DNA of 64,000 nucleotides from an uncultured Clostridium sp. (GCA_900553695.1 USEM01000002.1:8471-72470), one strand, 5' to 3'; shown: positions 10,113 to 19,213, numbered from the stretch's first letter. Translations and numbers: made by a program. The notes: a model not told the origin generated them from the letters alone.

Positions 10113-10147
10113 ATGGCTAACTTTTTAAGTTAGTCATTTCTTTTTTA
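10113..10147 (+). terminator. Rho-independent terminator of the 9.8-10.1 kb unit
   Basis: A 9-bp stem atggctaac/gttagtcat followed by ttcttttttat. Confidence 0.65.
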
Positions 10148-10207
10148 TGTAAAGTTTTACATTTTCTCCATTTTATGGTATAATATTAGATGTTGGAGGT
10201 ATTAGAA

Positions 10208-11062
10208 ATGATTAAATTAGTTGCTAGCGATTTAGATGGCACTATTATTGATAAGAATAATTCTATATACGATAACAACTTTAAGGCCATCCAAGACCTA
10301 AATAAGCATAAAATGAATTTTGTAATTTGTACTGGTAAGACATACCCTATTACTAAAAAGGTTTGCCAAAGAATAAATGCTACATATGGAATTTTTGGGA
10401 ATGGTAACCAAATTATTAATTTGAAAACTGGTGAAGAGATTTATAGAAATCTGCTTTCTAGGGATATTGTTTTAAAATGCATTGATATTGCAAAAAAGCA
10501 TGGATTACATGTTCACATATATACAGATACAAATGTTATTTCTGAGGAACTATTATACTTGGATTTAAGAAATTACAAGCTACAAACAAACACAAAATCA
10601 GAAAACTCCATGGAATTTAATATTGTTGATAATATTAAAGACTTTGTTTTAAATAATGACATTTCTGTTTGTAAATTAGTAGTTACAAGTCCTACATCAA
10701 CTGAGGAAGTAAAAAATGAAATTGTAAACTCTTTAGATGTTGATGTTTCAACTATTAGAAAGTTTGGAGATTACAAGGATTTAATAATAAATAAGGAATA
10801 TGAATATATTGATATTACTCCTAAAAACGTAAATAAAAATACAGCACTAGAAATTTTAGGAAATCACTTAAACATAAAAACAGATGAAATGCTTACAATT
10901 GGCGACAACTTGAATGATTTTGACATGGTCAAAAATGCTGGTGTTGGTGTTGCTGTTGCAAATGCATATGATGAGTTAAAAGCTGTAGCAAACTTTACAA
11001 CTACAAACCCTGTTGAGAAGGGTGGTTTTGCAGAAGCTGTTTATAAATTCATAAAATTTTAA
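10208..11062 (+). CDS. Cof-type HAD-IIB family hydrolase
   Basis: The ORF starts MIKLVASDLDGTIID (DxD motif) and carries GDNLNDFDM near the C-terminus. A ggagg RBS sits 8 nt upstream. Confidence 0.8.
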   Translation: MIKLVASDLDGTIIDKNNSIYDNNFKAIQDLNKHKMNFVICTGKTYPITKKVCQRINATYGIFGNGNQIINLKTGEEIYRNLLSRDIVLKCIDIAKKHGLHVHIYTDTNVISEELLYLDLRNYKLQTNTKSENSMEFNIVDNIKDFVLNNDISVCKLVVTSPTSTEEVKNEIVNSLDVDVSTIRKFGDYKDLIINKEYEYIDITPKNVNKNTALEILGNHLNIKTDEMLTIGDNLNDFDMVKNAGVGVAVANAYDELKAVANFTTTNPVEKGGFAEAVYKFIKF

Positions 11063-11094
11063 ACCGGATATTTAAAATATCCGGTTTATTTTTT
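11061..11094. terminator. Hairpin terminator shared by convergent genes
   Basis: Stem aaccggata-tttaaaa-tatccggtt followed by a T run. Confidence 0.65.
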
Positions 11095-11656
11095 ACATAA
11101 AATCTGAATATATTAATTTGTTCTTGTAAACGATGAAAGATGCTGTATCTGTTTTATCAATTTCATCTTCATCTTTATCTTCAGGTTTTGCAAATAGTGT
11201 TATTTTTGCTTTTACGCAATATAGATCTTTTCCTAACTTTTTAACACTCTTTATCTCTTCTAGAGTCATTTTATATTTTTTGTAATCTTCTTTTATATCG
11301 TCGAATCCACTGTTTAATGATTTCTTTAAGTATTTTTTCTCATCTTTTATTTCTTCTTCATCAACTTCCTTGTAGTCTTTCATAAATTCATCATAGTCTT
11401 CTTCTGAGAAATCATCCTCATCATATTTCCAGCCCCAAGCTTCTGATCCTGCAAAGTCCATACATTTTATAACTTTTTCAGTATTCATTTTATTCATAGC
11501 TTTTATGTATCTTTTTACAGCCTTTTTAGGTCCTCCTGTAAATACTGATAAACAAACGATTACAGCAATTATAGCTACAACAATACCAACTGTTATTCCA
11601 ATATGTCCTTTTACCCAATCAAAGATTTTTACAAAAAAGTTTTTAACTTTTTCCAT
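11093..11656 (-). CDS. Hypothetical membrane-anchored protein (acidic, Lys/Glu/Asp-rich ectodomain)
   Basis: A 187-aa ORF with one N-terminal TM segment (GITVGIVVAIIAVIVCLSVF). No family was recognised. Confidence 0.5.
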   Translation of the reverse strand: MEKVKNFFVKIFDWVKGHIGITVGIVVAIIAVIVCLSVFTGGPKKAVKRYIKAMNKMNTEKVIKCMDFAGSEAWGWKYDEDDFSEEDYDEFMKDYKEVDEEEIKDEKKYLKKSLNSGFDDIKEDYKKYKMTLEEIKSVKKLGKDLYCVKAKITLFAKPEDKDEDEIDKTDTASFIVYKNKLIYSDFM

Positions 11657-11762
11657 AAATACACCCCCTTTTTATGATAATATTTTCAAATATTATGCTC
11701 ATTTATTTATATCATTAAATTCGACTTTTTGCAACATTTTTAAAAAAAATGTTGCAAAAAAA

Positions 11763-11903
11763 TTAAAAGTTTATTCCCATTTTATGTGCCATTTTTCTTG
11801 CTTGTTTGGTCATTTTCTTTTTGTTTAGCATTCCTTCATTATACATAATATATGCAGCTGTAGTTACTGCAGTTCCTATTAAAACACCTTTTACAAAATT
11901 CAT
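11763..11903 (-). CDS. Possible 46-aa small membrane protein
   Basis: AGGAGG lies 7 nt upstream of the ATG. The ORF reads MNFVKGVLIGTAVTTAAYIMYNEGMLNKKKMTKQARKMAHKMGINF. It falls below the ORF-track size cutoff. Confidence 0.35.
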   Translation of the reverse strand: MNFVKGVLIGTAVTTAAYIMYNEGMLNKKKMTKQARKMAHKMGINF

Positions 11904-11916
11904 ACATGTTCCTCCT

Positions 11917-12309
11917 TTATTTGTTTTTCTTATTATTTGTTTTATGTGTTTTTTTATACTCTTTTACCAATGAATATATTTCATAAATTGCAATACATGC
12001 AAGAAATGCACCAAATAATCTTTTTAATAGTATTACTTCCATTCTGGTAGAAATGTTTGCACCTATAATTGCGCCTACACTTCCACTTATTGCAAGGATT
12101 ATACCAATTTTCCATTCTATTAATTTTGATTTTATTGAAACTATTATTGCTGATATTGATGTTGGTACGAAAAACACCAAGTTTGTAGCTTGTGCTACAT
12201 GTTGTTCAATTCCCAGAAAAACAGAAAGAACAAGTATTAGTATTGTTCCACCACCCATACCTGTTCCACTAACAGTTCCTGAAATTAATCCTGTTAAAAA
12301 TTCCCACAT
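11917..12309 (-). CDS. TSUP (TauE/SafE) family anion exporter, C-terminal half-size subunit
   Basis: A 130-aa polytopic ORF with a GxGGG motif (GTGMGGGTILI), preceded by its own RBS aaggaga. Confidence 0.65.
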   Translation of the reverse strand: MWEFLTGLISGTVSGTGMGGGTILILVLSVFLGIEQHVAQATNLVFFVPTSISAIIVSIKSKLIEWKIGIILAISGSVGAIIGANISTRMEVILLKRLFGAFLACIAIYEIYSLVKEYKKTHKTNNKKNK

Positions 12310-12319
12310 TTTGTCTCCT

Positions 12320-12667
12320 TTATGCCATTATCATTTTTATCGATGTATATGCTAAAAATATTACAAACAAAATTCTTAATGTTTTACTAGACATTTTCTT
12401 TAAAAGTTTTGCTCCAATTATTCCTCCTATAATTCCCCCTATTGCGCATTTTATTCCTAAATTCCAATCTATATAATCCTTTTTATAATAAAATAAGCCA
12501 CTTACAACTACCATTGGAAGTATTGCAAATACTGATGTTGCTCTTGCTTTTGCATCTTCTAGTTTAAAAATATGAATTAATGCTGGTACAACTATCATGC
12601 CCCCTCCTGCTGCAAAAAGGCCACTTATTACTCCTGAAATTACCCCAATTGATATCTTTTTTAACAT
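12320..12667 (-). CDS. TSUP (TauE/SafE) family anion exporter, N-terminal half-size subunit
   Basis: A 115-aa polytopic ORF (GLFAAGGGMIVVPAL). It has a genuine stop 10 nt before the next half. Confidence 0.65.
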   Translation of the reverse strand: MLKKISIGVISGVISGLFAAGGGMIVVPALIHIFKLEDAKARATSVFAILPMVVVSGLFYYKKDYIDWNLGIKCAIGGIIGGIIGAKLLKKMSSKTLRILFVIFLAYTSIKMIMA

Positions 12668-12882
12668 CTTTTCTCCTGCTCATAACTTTTAAATTTTGCT
12701 TCTGCTGCTTTTGTTAATTCTTCATCACATTTAAGCATTTGAATTATTATATCCCTTCTTAGTTCTTCATTTTCAATATTTCCCGCCTTATCTAAGAATT
12801 TTTGAATTTCATTCAAATATTTTTTATTGTTCTTTTTCCACTCTTCATTTATTTCCATGCTAATATTATTCTTAATTTTCAT
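12661..12882 (-). CDS. Hypothetical small helical protein
   Basis: A 73-aa ORF that overlaps the downstream gene start by 7 nt. No family was recognised. Confidence 0.4.
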   Translation of the reverse strand: MKIKNNISMEINEEWKKNNKKYLNEIQKFLDKAGNIENEELRRDIIIQMLKCDEELTKAAEAKFKSYEQEKRC

Positions 12883-13037
12883 TTTTTTATACCCCTTTTT
12901 TGAGGTATATTATATCATTTTTTATACTGCTAGGCAACTTTTTATTACCTTTATCGTTATATTGTGTTTGTTTTATGTCATTTTTAGACAATAAATGATA
13001 AAATACACCATATTACTGTTAGAGAGGAGTTTTGTAC

Positions 13038-13247
13038 ATGATAAAATTTAAACTTTCAAATTTACTTGGAGAACATAAAATGACTCAAAAAGCTTTAGCA
13101 GATATTACACATATACGACCTGCTACAGTATCTAAAATGTATTATGAGGAAATTAAAAGAATAGATATAAAACAATTAGATAGCCTTTGTAAGGCTTTTG
13201 ATTGTGAAATTTCTGAACTTTTAGAGTATATTCCAGATAAAAAATAA
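13038..13247 (+). CDS. XRE-family HTH transcriptional regulator (small, YozG-like)
   Basis: The ORF reads MIKFKLSNLLGEHKMTQKALADITHIRPATVSKMY. A gaggag RBS lies upstream and a terminator hairpin (13244-13272) follows. Confidence 0.75.
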   Translation: MIKFKLSNLLGEHKMTQKALADITHIRPATVSKMYYEEIKRIDIKQLDSLCKAFDCEISELLEYIPDKK

Positions 13248-13263
13248 CCGCTACTTAAAACGG

Positions 13264-14037
13264 TTATTTTTTGTATTGCATGCCATTATTGTCTATGCCA
13301 TAGTTTTCTTTATAAATTAGGTCAGAAACTGTTACTAGGTTATACCCTTTGTTTTTTATATTTGTAATTATTAATTCTAAGCTATTTGCAGTATTTTCTG
13401 TGCCATTATGCATTAATATAATACTTCCATTTTGAAGTTTTGGCTCTATTCTTTCCCACATTTGCTCTCCTGTAAGAGAATTATAATCTAAGCTATCTAT
13501 AGACCATTGAATTGTTTGGTGGCTATTGTCTTTTGCTGCCTGAAGAACTGTATTGTTATATTCTCCATAAGGTCCCCTGTACAAAGTACTCGGTTTTCCT
13601 GTTATTTTCTTTATTAGCTCTGAGCATTTGTTTATTTGTTCAGCATTTTTATCATAGTCCATATTATTTACATGTGGGTGATTGTATGAATGGTTTGCAA
13701 GTTCATGTCCTGCATTATATATTTTTTTAGCCGCTTCATCGTTTTTTTCTATCCAATCTCCTACCATAAAAAACGTAACCTTTACTTGCTCTTTTTCTAG
13801 TACCTCTAAGATTTTATCAATATCATCTGCATTCCATGCACAATTTATAGTTAAGGCAATTTTTGCTTCTTCAGTTTTTACTGAATAAATTGGAAGTTGT
13901 TTTTGAGTAGTTGAAGTTAGTATACTTGCATCTTCTGGTGTTTTTGCAAAAAATGATGTCATTAAAAACAAAGCAAACACAGTTGAACATGCTACCAAAA
14001 ATGCCATGATTTTATCCTTTTTAAAAACAAAAAACAT
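13264..14037 (-). CDS. Polysaccharide deacetylase (NodB homology domain, PdaA/PdaB-like)
   Basis: The ORF carries VTFFMVGDW, HELANHSYNHP and LYRGPYG motifs after an N-terminal TM/signal segment. Confidence 0.8.
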   Translation of the reverse strand: MFFVFKKDKIMAFLVACSTVFALFLMTSFFAKTPEDASILTSTTQKQLPIYSVKTEEAKIALTINCAWNADDIDKILEVLEKEQVKVTFFMVGDWIEKNDEAAKKIYNAGHELANHSYNHPHVNNMDYDKNAEQINKCSELIKKITGKPSTLYRGPYGEYNNTVLQAAKDNSHQTIQWSIDSLDYNSLTGEQMWERIEPKLQNGSIILMHNGTENTANSLELIITNIKNKGYNLVTVSDLIYKENYGIDNNGMQYKK

Positions 14038-14103
14038 ACAAAGACCCCCTATACCTTTGAACTATTTAAAATATATGCTTTAGGTATAGGGGTTATGCTT
14101 CAT

Positions 14104-15036
14104 TTATGAACATTTCTCTTCGTTTTTTAAGCTTCCTAGTTTTCTTAATTTTTCAATGCTTTTACAAACTCTTGTTATCATATCTCCATTTGATGTTTCA
14201 AAAAGCTCTCCAAATTTTTCTTTTAAATCATCTTCTGCATCATTTGTACTATCATTTGACATTGCTCTTTTTTCTTCAACAATTTCATCGTGTTCACATT
14301 CATATATAAGTCTTCCAAGGTCTAAAATAGCATCTTTATATGGTTCTTGGTTTGCTTGCAAAAACTCTTTATTTTCGGTTAATAATTTATTTAAATCTCT
14401 CTCATGCTTTTCTCTTTCTTCATCTGTAAGAGCTCTTGTATTCAATAGTGCTAGTTTATATGTAATATGTTGAACTAGGTCTCTTAAGTGGTTTATTTGT
14501 TCAAGAGGTAGCTTAATTGTGTCGTTTTTCTTTACTGAATAATATGCCGCTTGTTCAGAGATAAAGCCTTGTTTTGAACATACTCTTATTTCAATTGGCA
14601 CTGCTTTTTGGTTAGGTATTAGTTTTTCTTTTGCTAAAACATTATATCCTAATGGTGGAACCCATTTTATATAAACAAGTGGAGAATATATAGTCTCTTC
14701 TGCAACAAAGTCTACATAGTCTGCATCTGGCATTAATTTTTTTAGATAATCTATTATTGGGTAAATCTCATTCTCAGTATTTGTTATAAAAGTTATACCT
14801 ATGTAATCATGTGCATTATCTAAGTTCTTTTTGTTAATTCTGTATGTTCTAATAGCTGAGGCCGGATTTTTAATTCTTGCCCTATATTTAAATACATTAC
14901 GTCTTTTAGCTTCCTCCTCCATTGTTTGTAAAAATTCTTGAACTTCCTTACTTTTGTGTAACATATTAATGAAGTCTACAATTATCCTTTCTTCTTCGTT
15001 TTCTGCAACCACATCCAAATTCATTTTTGTTTTCAT
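14104..15036 (-). CDS. Hypothetical protein with a possible divergent RelA/SpoT-type nucleotidyltransferase (alarmone-synthetase-like) fold
   Basis: The pattern ARIKNPASAIRTYRIN...HDYIGITFIT...IYSPLVYIKW...VPIEIRVCSKQGF...YYSVKKN resembles the R.K...S...K / D..G.R / E.Q.RT / YK layout of small alarmone synthetases. This is a by-eye judgement only. Confidence 0.35.
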   Translation of the reverse strand: MKTKMNLDVVAENEEERIIVDFINMLHKSKEVQEFLQTMEEEAKRRNVFKYRARIKNPASAIRTYRINKKNLDNAHDYIGITFITNTENEIYPIIDYLKKLMPDADYVDFVAEETIYSPLVYIKWVPPLGYNVLAKEKLIPNQKAVPIEIRVCSKQGFISEQAAYYSVKKNDTIKLPLEQINHLRDLVQHITYKLALLNTRALTDEEREKHERDLNKLLTENKEFLQANQEPYKDAILDLGRLIYECEHDEIVEEKRAMSNDSTNDAEDDLKEKFGELFETSNGDMITRVCKSIEKLRKLGSLKNEEKCS

Positions 15037-15080
15037 ATTACAAATCCTCCTTAAACATAGATTTTATAATAATATTTAAA

Positions 15081-15521
15081 TTATATTTGAGGCATGTCTT
15101 TTACTATATCTAAATCATACAAATTTTGTTTTTCTATATCATTAATTATTTGTTTTACAACTGCACTGCTTCTAAATTCTTTCTCATCCATATTTTTTAT
15201 TTCATCAATGCTTATCCACTTTGTTTCTAAAATTTCATCTTTATCATAGCTATTTTCTTCATTTACTAAATCTGATAGAAAATGCATCATTACTATTTTA
15301 GAATCATTTGTGTTTTTTAGAAAAACTGGAAATGCCTTTTTAAGCTCTACTGTACATCCAGTTTCCTCATATGTTTCTCTTTTAGCTCCATCATATATAG
15401 CCTCATTAGGTTCAATGTGTCCTGCTGGAAATGCCCATTTTCCATAGCATTTTTCTTTTGCTTCCTTTACCATTAAAATTTTACCATCTTTTAAAATAAT
15501 TGTTCCAACTATTGTTTCCAT
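15081..15521 (-). CDS. NUDIX hydrolase
   Basis: The Nudix box reads GHIEPNEAIYDGAKRETYEETG. Confidence 0.8.
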   Translation of the reverse strand: METIVGTIILKDGKILMVKEAKEKCYGKWAFPAGHIEPNEAIYDGAKRETYEETGCTVELKKAFPVFLKNTNDSKIVMMHFLSDLVNEENSYDKDEILETKWISIDEIKNMDEKEFRSSAVVKQIINDIEKQNLYDLDIVKDMPQI

Positions 15522-15544
15522 TTCTTTCTTCTCTCCTTTTTCTA

Positions 15545-16391
15545 TTATCTTTCTTCATCTTGTGGCTTTTCCAAAAATTTTTTCTCAGCAAATCGTTGCT
15601 CTCTATTAAATTCTATTGGGAATAGCTTATCCTTTATTATCATGCCTTGCACTCCAAAGGATTTTAATCCTTCTTGTTTCAACACTTCTTCTTTATAGTA
15701 TAAAGGCATTACAATTTCTTCTAATAGCATATCTTTTATCCACATTGGCATTGGTGAGTATGTTTTTGGAATTTTTCCTCTTATTTCATCTGGGCTATAT
15801 CCTATGTTTAATAAATGTCTTAACCTACGCCTTGCTGATTCTAAATAGTCTTCGTCTGAAATTTTCGTATAGCCATGTTCATTCATATCCTTCGGTTTAA
15901 CAAATAGTGCTTCTCCCCAGTCAAACACCCAAGACTCATGGTTTTCTTTGCCTTTTGTTATGGCTCCCATGTCAAACCCTTTTCCAAGATAATCTATGTA
16001 TATTTTTTTGCCTGTTTGAAAATATACATTAAATGCTCCTTGTGTCTTTATTTTTTCATGTGTACCGTCTTCTGTGTCGATGCACAAAACTACTCCATTT
16101 GGATTACTCCTCTTTACACGATTAATATAATTTTCTACACCATCTTTTCTCATAAAGCTGCCTTCTACTCCGCAGAGTAGGTGGTGAGCCAGTTTTAGCA
16201 TCTGCCCTACATGAAAAAACTTCTGGCAACTCATTTTCAATTTTTTTAAATTCTTCAAAGCTATCTATTACAAATAGATTCTTTGTTCTACTTACCTCAG
16301 GAAGCCATCTATTCAATAAGACTGTTCCATATGCTTTTCCATATTGTTCAATGAACTTTTGATCTGAGGGCTTACTCATTTCATATAACAT
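15545..16391 (-). CDS. Hypothetical protein (~281 aa) whose frame breaks at the in-frame CGG at 16170-16172 and continues at +1
   Basis: ORFs 16122..16391 and 15545..16258 overlap. The junction ...AKTGSPPTL-[C]-GVEGSFMRKDGVENY joins them into one protein. Confidence 0.6.
16170..16172 (-). other. In-frame CGG where the frame moves +1 (hypothetical protein)
   Basis: The sequence is act ctg CGG agt in frame 0. The +1 frame gga gta gaa ggc agc ttt is in phase with ORF 15545..16258. Confidence 0.65.
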
Positions 16392-16448
16392 ACTATATTA
16401 TATTCCTCCATTTTAAAAATAGAATTACTTTTTTTAAAAAAAATAAAT

Positions 16449-17943
16449 TTATATTAAAATTCTTTCATCTTTGTTTTGTTTTCGTATTTCTTCTGCTCTA
16501 TAAGAATTTATTCTATATTCATTCTTGTTATCAAACCTTATTTTTATAACTTTTGTGTAGTCCACATTATTCATTGGGTACTTTTCTTCTATAATTAAGC
16601 TTCCCTTTGTTTTGCTTAATGTCTCAAATGTGGTCATAAAGCCTATTCCGCTTCCGGCCTGTTTCTTTGTGTGTTGTGATTTGTTCTTTTCCCAGTTTTA
16701 TAAGTGTATCAATTTCAAATTCTATTCCTGTATCATAGAAATTAATTTCATAACACCTATCTACTATGCTAATTACAACTAAAATTCTTCTATTTGTATT
16801 GTTACTGCAATTTATGGCAATAATTGCATCCTTTATATGGTCTCCAAGTAAAGTTTCTAAAGCACTTTCGCTTATTATATTTTCTACCATATAATTTAAA
16901 CTTGCATTTATTTTAACATCTAAACTAATATTACTCTTTGTGGCTTCTGTACTCATATGTTCTAACAAAGTATCTATTCCAAATATTCCGGTCTTTGGAA
17001 TTGCATTTTCTTTAGTTACTTTTGTTTTCATTTCGTTTGAATATTCTTGAGATATCCTCTTTATCTGTGCTGCAAAAGCTGTATAATCTTCACCAAATTC
17101 AGTTTTCATTTTTTCTACAAGTTCTGGCTTTGATACGATTTTACTTGAAAATTCCTCAAGTGCTTTTATTCTACTGCTATATTTATGGTTAATTGTAGCT
17201 ATTGCTTTATTCTCCTCTAAGATTTCACTTATCTTATTATCCTTCTCCTTTATCTCATTCTGCAAATCTGCCACCGTTTGCTCTTTTAGCTTCTGTTTGT
17301 AGTATTTGGTAATCTTTTTCTTAATCCAAATGAATAGGCAAATGGCTTCAATTAATAACCCTGAAGTTAACTTTATTATAAACTCTTGTCCTTTTGAGTT
17401 GTCAAATAAAGAATATATAATTATAGTAATTCCAATAAAACCAAATCCTATTATTCCTATACTATTAATCATTTTATCATCTTGTAAAAATTGTATTCCA
17501 TTCTTTAGCCTTTTCTGTTTGAAGAAAATATAAAGTATTAGACATTGAATAAAAACTATCAAAAATAGTGATTTTACTTCATCAGTAGCTATATTTATTT
17601 TAAAAACATTTATGATTATTGCTGTAATTATAACACTTACTATATAAGCTAAATAGGAAATCATTAAGGCTATAAATGTGACAACAACTGAATATTTTAT
17701 TTTAAATTTTGTAACAACAGTAACTATCACGCCATTAATTAAGTATACTAGCATCATTGCTAATAGTGTTTGAATAGTCTTAGTCAATTCCACTCCCAAA
17801 ATTGCTCCAAAAATACTGCAAATTATTACAGTAATTGTTTTTCCAAGATTGTTTTCTTTATAGTTTGTTATCTTTACTAATACCAAATAAGTAATACTAC
17901 TTAAAAAAGCAACTTGCAATATATTGTTAATATAATTCATCAT
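16449..17943 (-). CDS. Polytopic sensor histidine kinase (AgrC/HPK10-like GHKL kinase). The frame breaks at the in-frame CGG at 16654-16656 and continues at +1.
   Basis: The ORF has about 6 N-terminal TM helices, a coiled coil, a candidate H-box (INHKYSSRIKALE) and an N-box region. The G2 box is restored only across the junction: HKETG-[C]-GSGIGFMTTFETLSKTKGSLIIEE. Confidence 0.8.
16654..16656 (-). other. In-frame CGG where the frame moves +1 (histidine kinase)
   Basis: The sequence is aca ggc CGG aag cgg aat ... tga in frame 0. The +1 frame gga agc gga ata ggc ttt atg runs into ORF 16449..16637. Confidence 0.8.
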
Positions 17944-17976
17944 ATAATATCACCATTTGTTTATTATAATATATTC

Positions 17977-18018
17977 AATAAAAAACGTCAAATAATGTTA
18001 TCCCATTACTTGACGTTT
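17977..18018 (-). terminator. Hairpin with a U-run between the 17-aa peptide ORF and the kinase gene
   Basis: Stem aaacgtcaa / ttgacgttt with an 18-nt loop, followed on the minus strand by a T run. The descending arm contains TTGACG, which sits 17 nt from a TATAAT (17963-17968). Confidence 0.55.
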
Positions 18019-18037
18019 CTATATACTATTTATATCA

Positions 18038-18091
18038 TTATTTATGCCATCCTCCCCAGTAGCCTATGAACTCCCATATTCTGTCCCACAT
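18038..18091 (-). CDS. Candidate 17-aa Trp-rich peptide (MWDRIWEFIGYWGGWHK)
   Basis: The Shine-Dalgarno aaagggggtgg ends about 5 nt before the ATG and the stop is TAA. The ORF sits between the Spo0A-like regulator and the AgrC-like kinase and has its own downstream hairpin. Confidence 0.45.
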   Translation of the reverse strand: MWDRIWEFIGYWGGWHK

Positions 18092-18159
18092 ATTTTCCAC
18101 CCCCTTTACTTCAATATTTTTGGTAATTTGAATTTTTTTGCCGATGTACAAATTGTAAT

Positions 18160-18195
18160 AATAAAATACCACCTAAGGTCGAAACCTTAGGTGGT
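18160..18195 (-). terminator. Rho-independent terminator after the Spo0A-like regulator gene
   Basis: An 11-bp stem accacctaagg/ccttaggtggt with loop tcgaaa, followed on the minus strand by attttatt. Confidence 0.65.
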
Positions 18196-18256
18196 TGTCT
18201 GGGGGAAAAAATATGCAAAAGTATGCAAAAAGGACCTTAGCTTTTGCTAAAGTCCT

Positions 18257-19063
18257 TTATAAACTCTCTTTTATCTTATCTTTATAATAATATATGAACT
18301 CTGTTGGCGTTGGTACACCTGTTTCATAGTTTATTCTTGCTTTGTAATGCATCATTAAATCATCTATTGATGTACTTCTCCATGCATTGTTAATTGCAGT
18401 TTGCATTGCTCTGCTAACACTGCTATTACATACTTTAAATTCATTTGCTAAATGCCTAAAAACTGTTTCTCCATCCTCTTCATTATCGTTTTGGATCAAA
18501 AACACAATTGCTTCTTCAATATATTTTCTTCCTACTAAGTGATGTGGAATTCCAACTAAATCTAGCTCTACTGTAATTTTCTCTCTTATTCTGTTTTCAT
18601 GTTCTATTGGTGTTTCAGTTGTTGGTTTGCTACCTAGTTGTTCTATTTTTGTATTATACAAGCTTTCTCTAAGTGAAGTCATTGAATTGATTACCATTTC
18701 TGGGCTGTAATCACTCTGTTTCTTGTAGTAAATAAAATCAACTCCTAATTCTCGTATACGTCTGTAAATAATTTTAGATGAGACATTTGTTGTTACTACT
18801 ATTAATGGCTTAAAGTCTAGTTTAATTTTTTGAAGTTTCTCTAAAAACTCTATCCCTGAGCCTTCACCATTGTGTAATTCTAAATCTAAGATTATTCCCT
18901 CTGGCATGTACATTTTTGTATATTCAATTCCTTCATAGCTAGAATTGGTAGATTTTATGAGTTTTGCATCAGCTCTGCCCTCAATATAATGCTTAAATTC
19001 ATTTACTTCCACTTCGTTGTCTTCAATTAGTAATATAGGCATTGGTTTTTTAATATTTTTCAT
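18257..19063 (-). CDS. Response regulator with a Spo0A-type C-terminal DNA-binding domain (divergent Spo0A paralogue)
   Basis: The receiver domain reads ILLIEDNE...IILDLEL. The C-terminus (LVGIPHHLVGRKYIEEAI...SSVSRAMQTAINNAWRS...PTPTEFIYYY) matches the Spo0A_C layout (GVPAHIKGY...SRVERAIRHAIEVAW...PTNSEFI). Confidence 0.7.
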   Translation of the reverse strand: MKNIKKPMPILLIEDNEVEVNEFKHYIEGRADAKLIKSTNSSYEGIEYTKMYMPEGIILDLELHNGEGSGIEFLEKLQKIKLDFKPLIVVTTNVSSKIIYRRIRELGVDFIYYKKQSDYSPEMVINSMTSLRESLYNTKIEQLGSKPTTETPIEHENRIREKITVELDLVGIPHHLVGRKYIEEAIVFLIQNDNEEDGETVFRHLANEFKVCNSSVSRAMQTAINNAWRSTSIDDLMMHYKARINYETGVPTPTEFIYYYKDKIKESL

Positions 19064-19213
19064 AGTTAATCTTACCTCCTTAGTAAACTATAGTTTGGTT
19101 TTTGAATACATTAATAATATACCACACATTTCCACAAATTTCTACAATTTTTGCATACTTTGTTTTACATTTTTATGTTTGATTTTGAAATATACTATTT
19201 ATGGTGATAGAAA

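Noticed and set aside
9790-10150. The GC-richer unit might be a T-box leader, riboswitch, tmRNA, RNase P RNA, SRP RNA or 6S RNA.
   Set aside because: I could not find any of the diagnostic conserved strings: a T-box sequence, tmRNA ends, the RNase P GAGGAAAGUC, or the SRP domain IV motif. The downstream gene also has its own promoter. I cannot exclude 6S or other folds by eye, so the region is reported only as an open question.
11917-12667. The two half-size TSUP/TauE ORFs might be a gene broken by frameshift.
   Set aside because: The first half ends at a genuine in-frame stop, followed by an RBS and an ATG 10 nt later. No CGG is involved. Split half-size TSUP pairs are a plausible native arrangement.
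18213-18232. A tandem ATGCAAAAGT/ATGCAAAAAG direct repeat lies downstream of the Spo0A-like gene and could be a regulator binding site.
   Set aside because: There are only two imperfect 10-mers in an AT-rich spacer between two hairpins. There is no similarity to the 0A box TGTCGAA, so support is insufficient.
16449-19063. The kinase and peptide locus might be a canonical agr quorum-sensing operon.
   Set aside because: There is no AgrB-like processing protease gene. The peptide has no Cys or Ser for a cyclic thiolactone or lactone and no amphipathic leader. The regulator is Spo0A_C-type rather than LytTR. The locus is therefore reported as an uncharacterised cassette.
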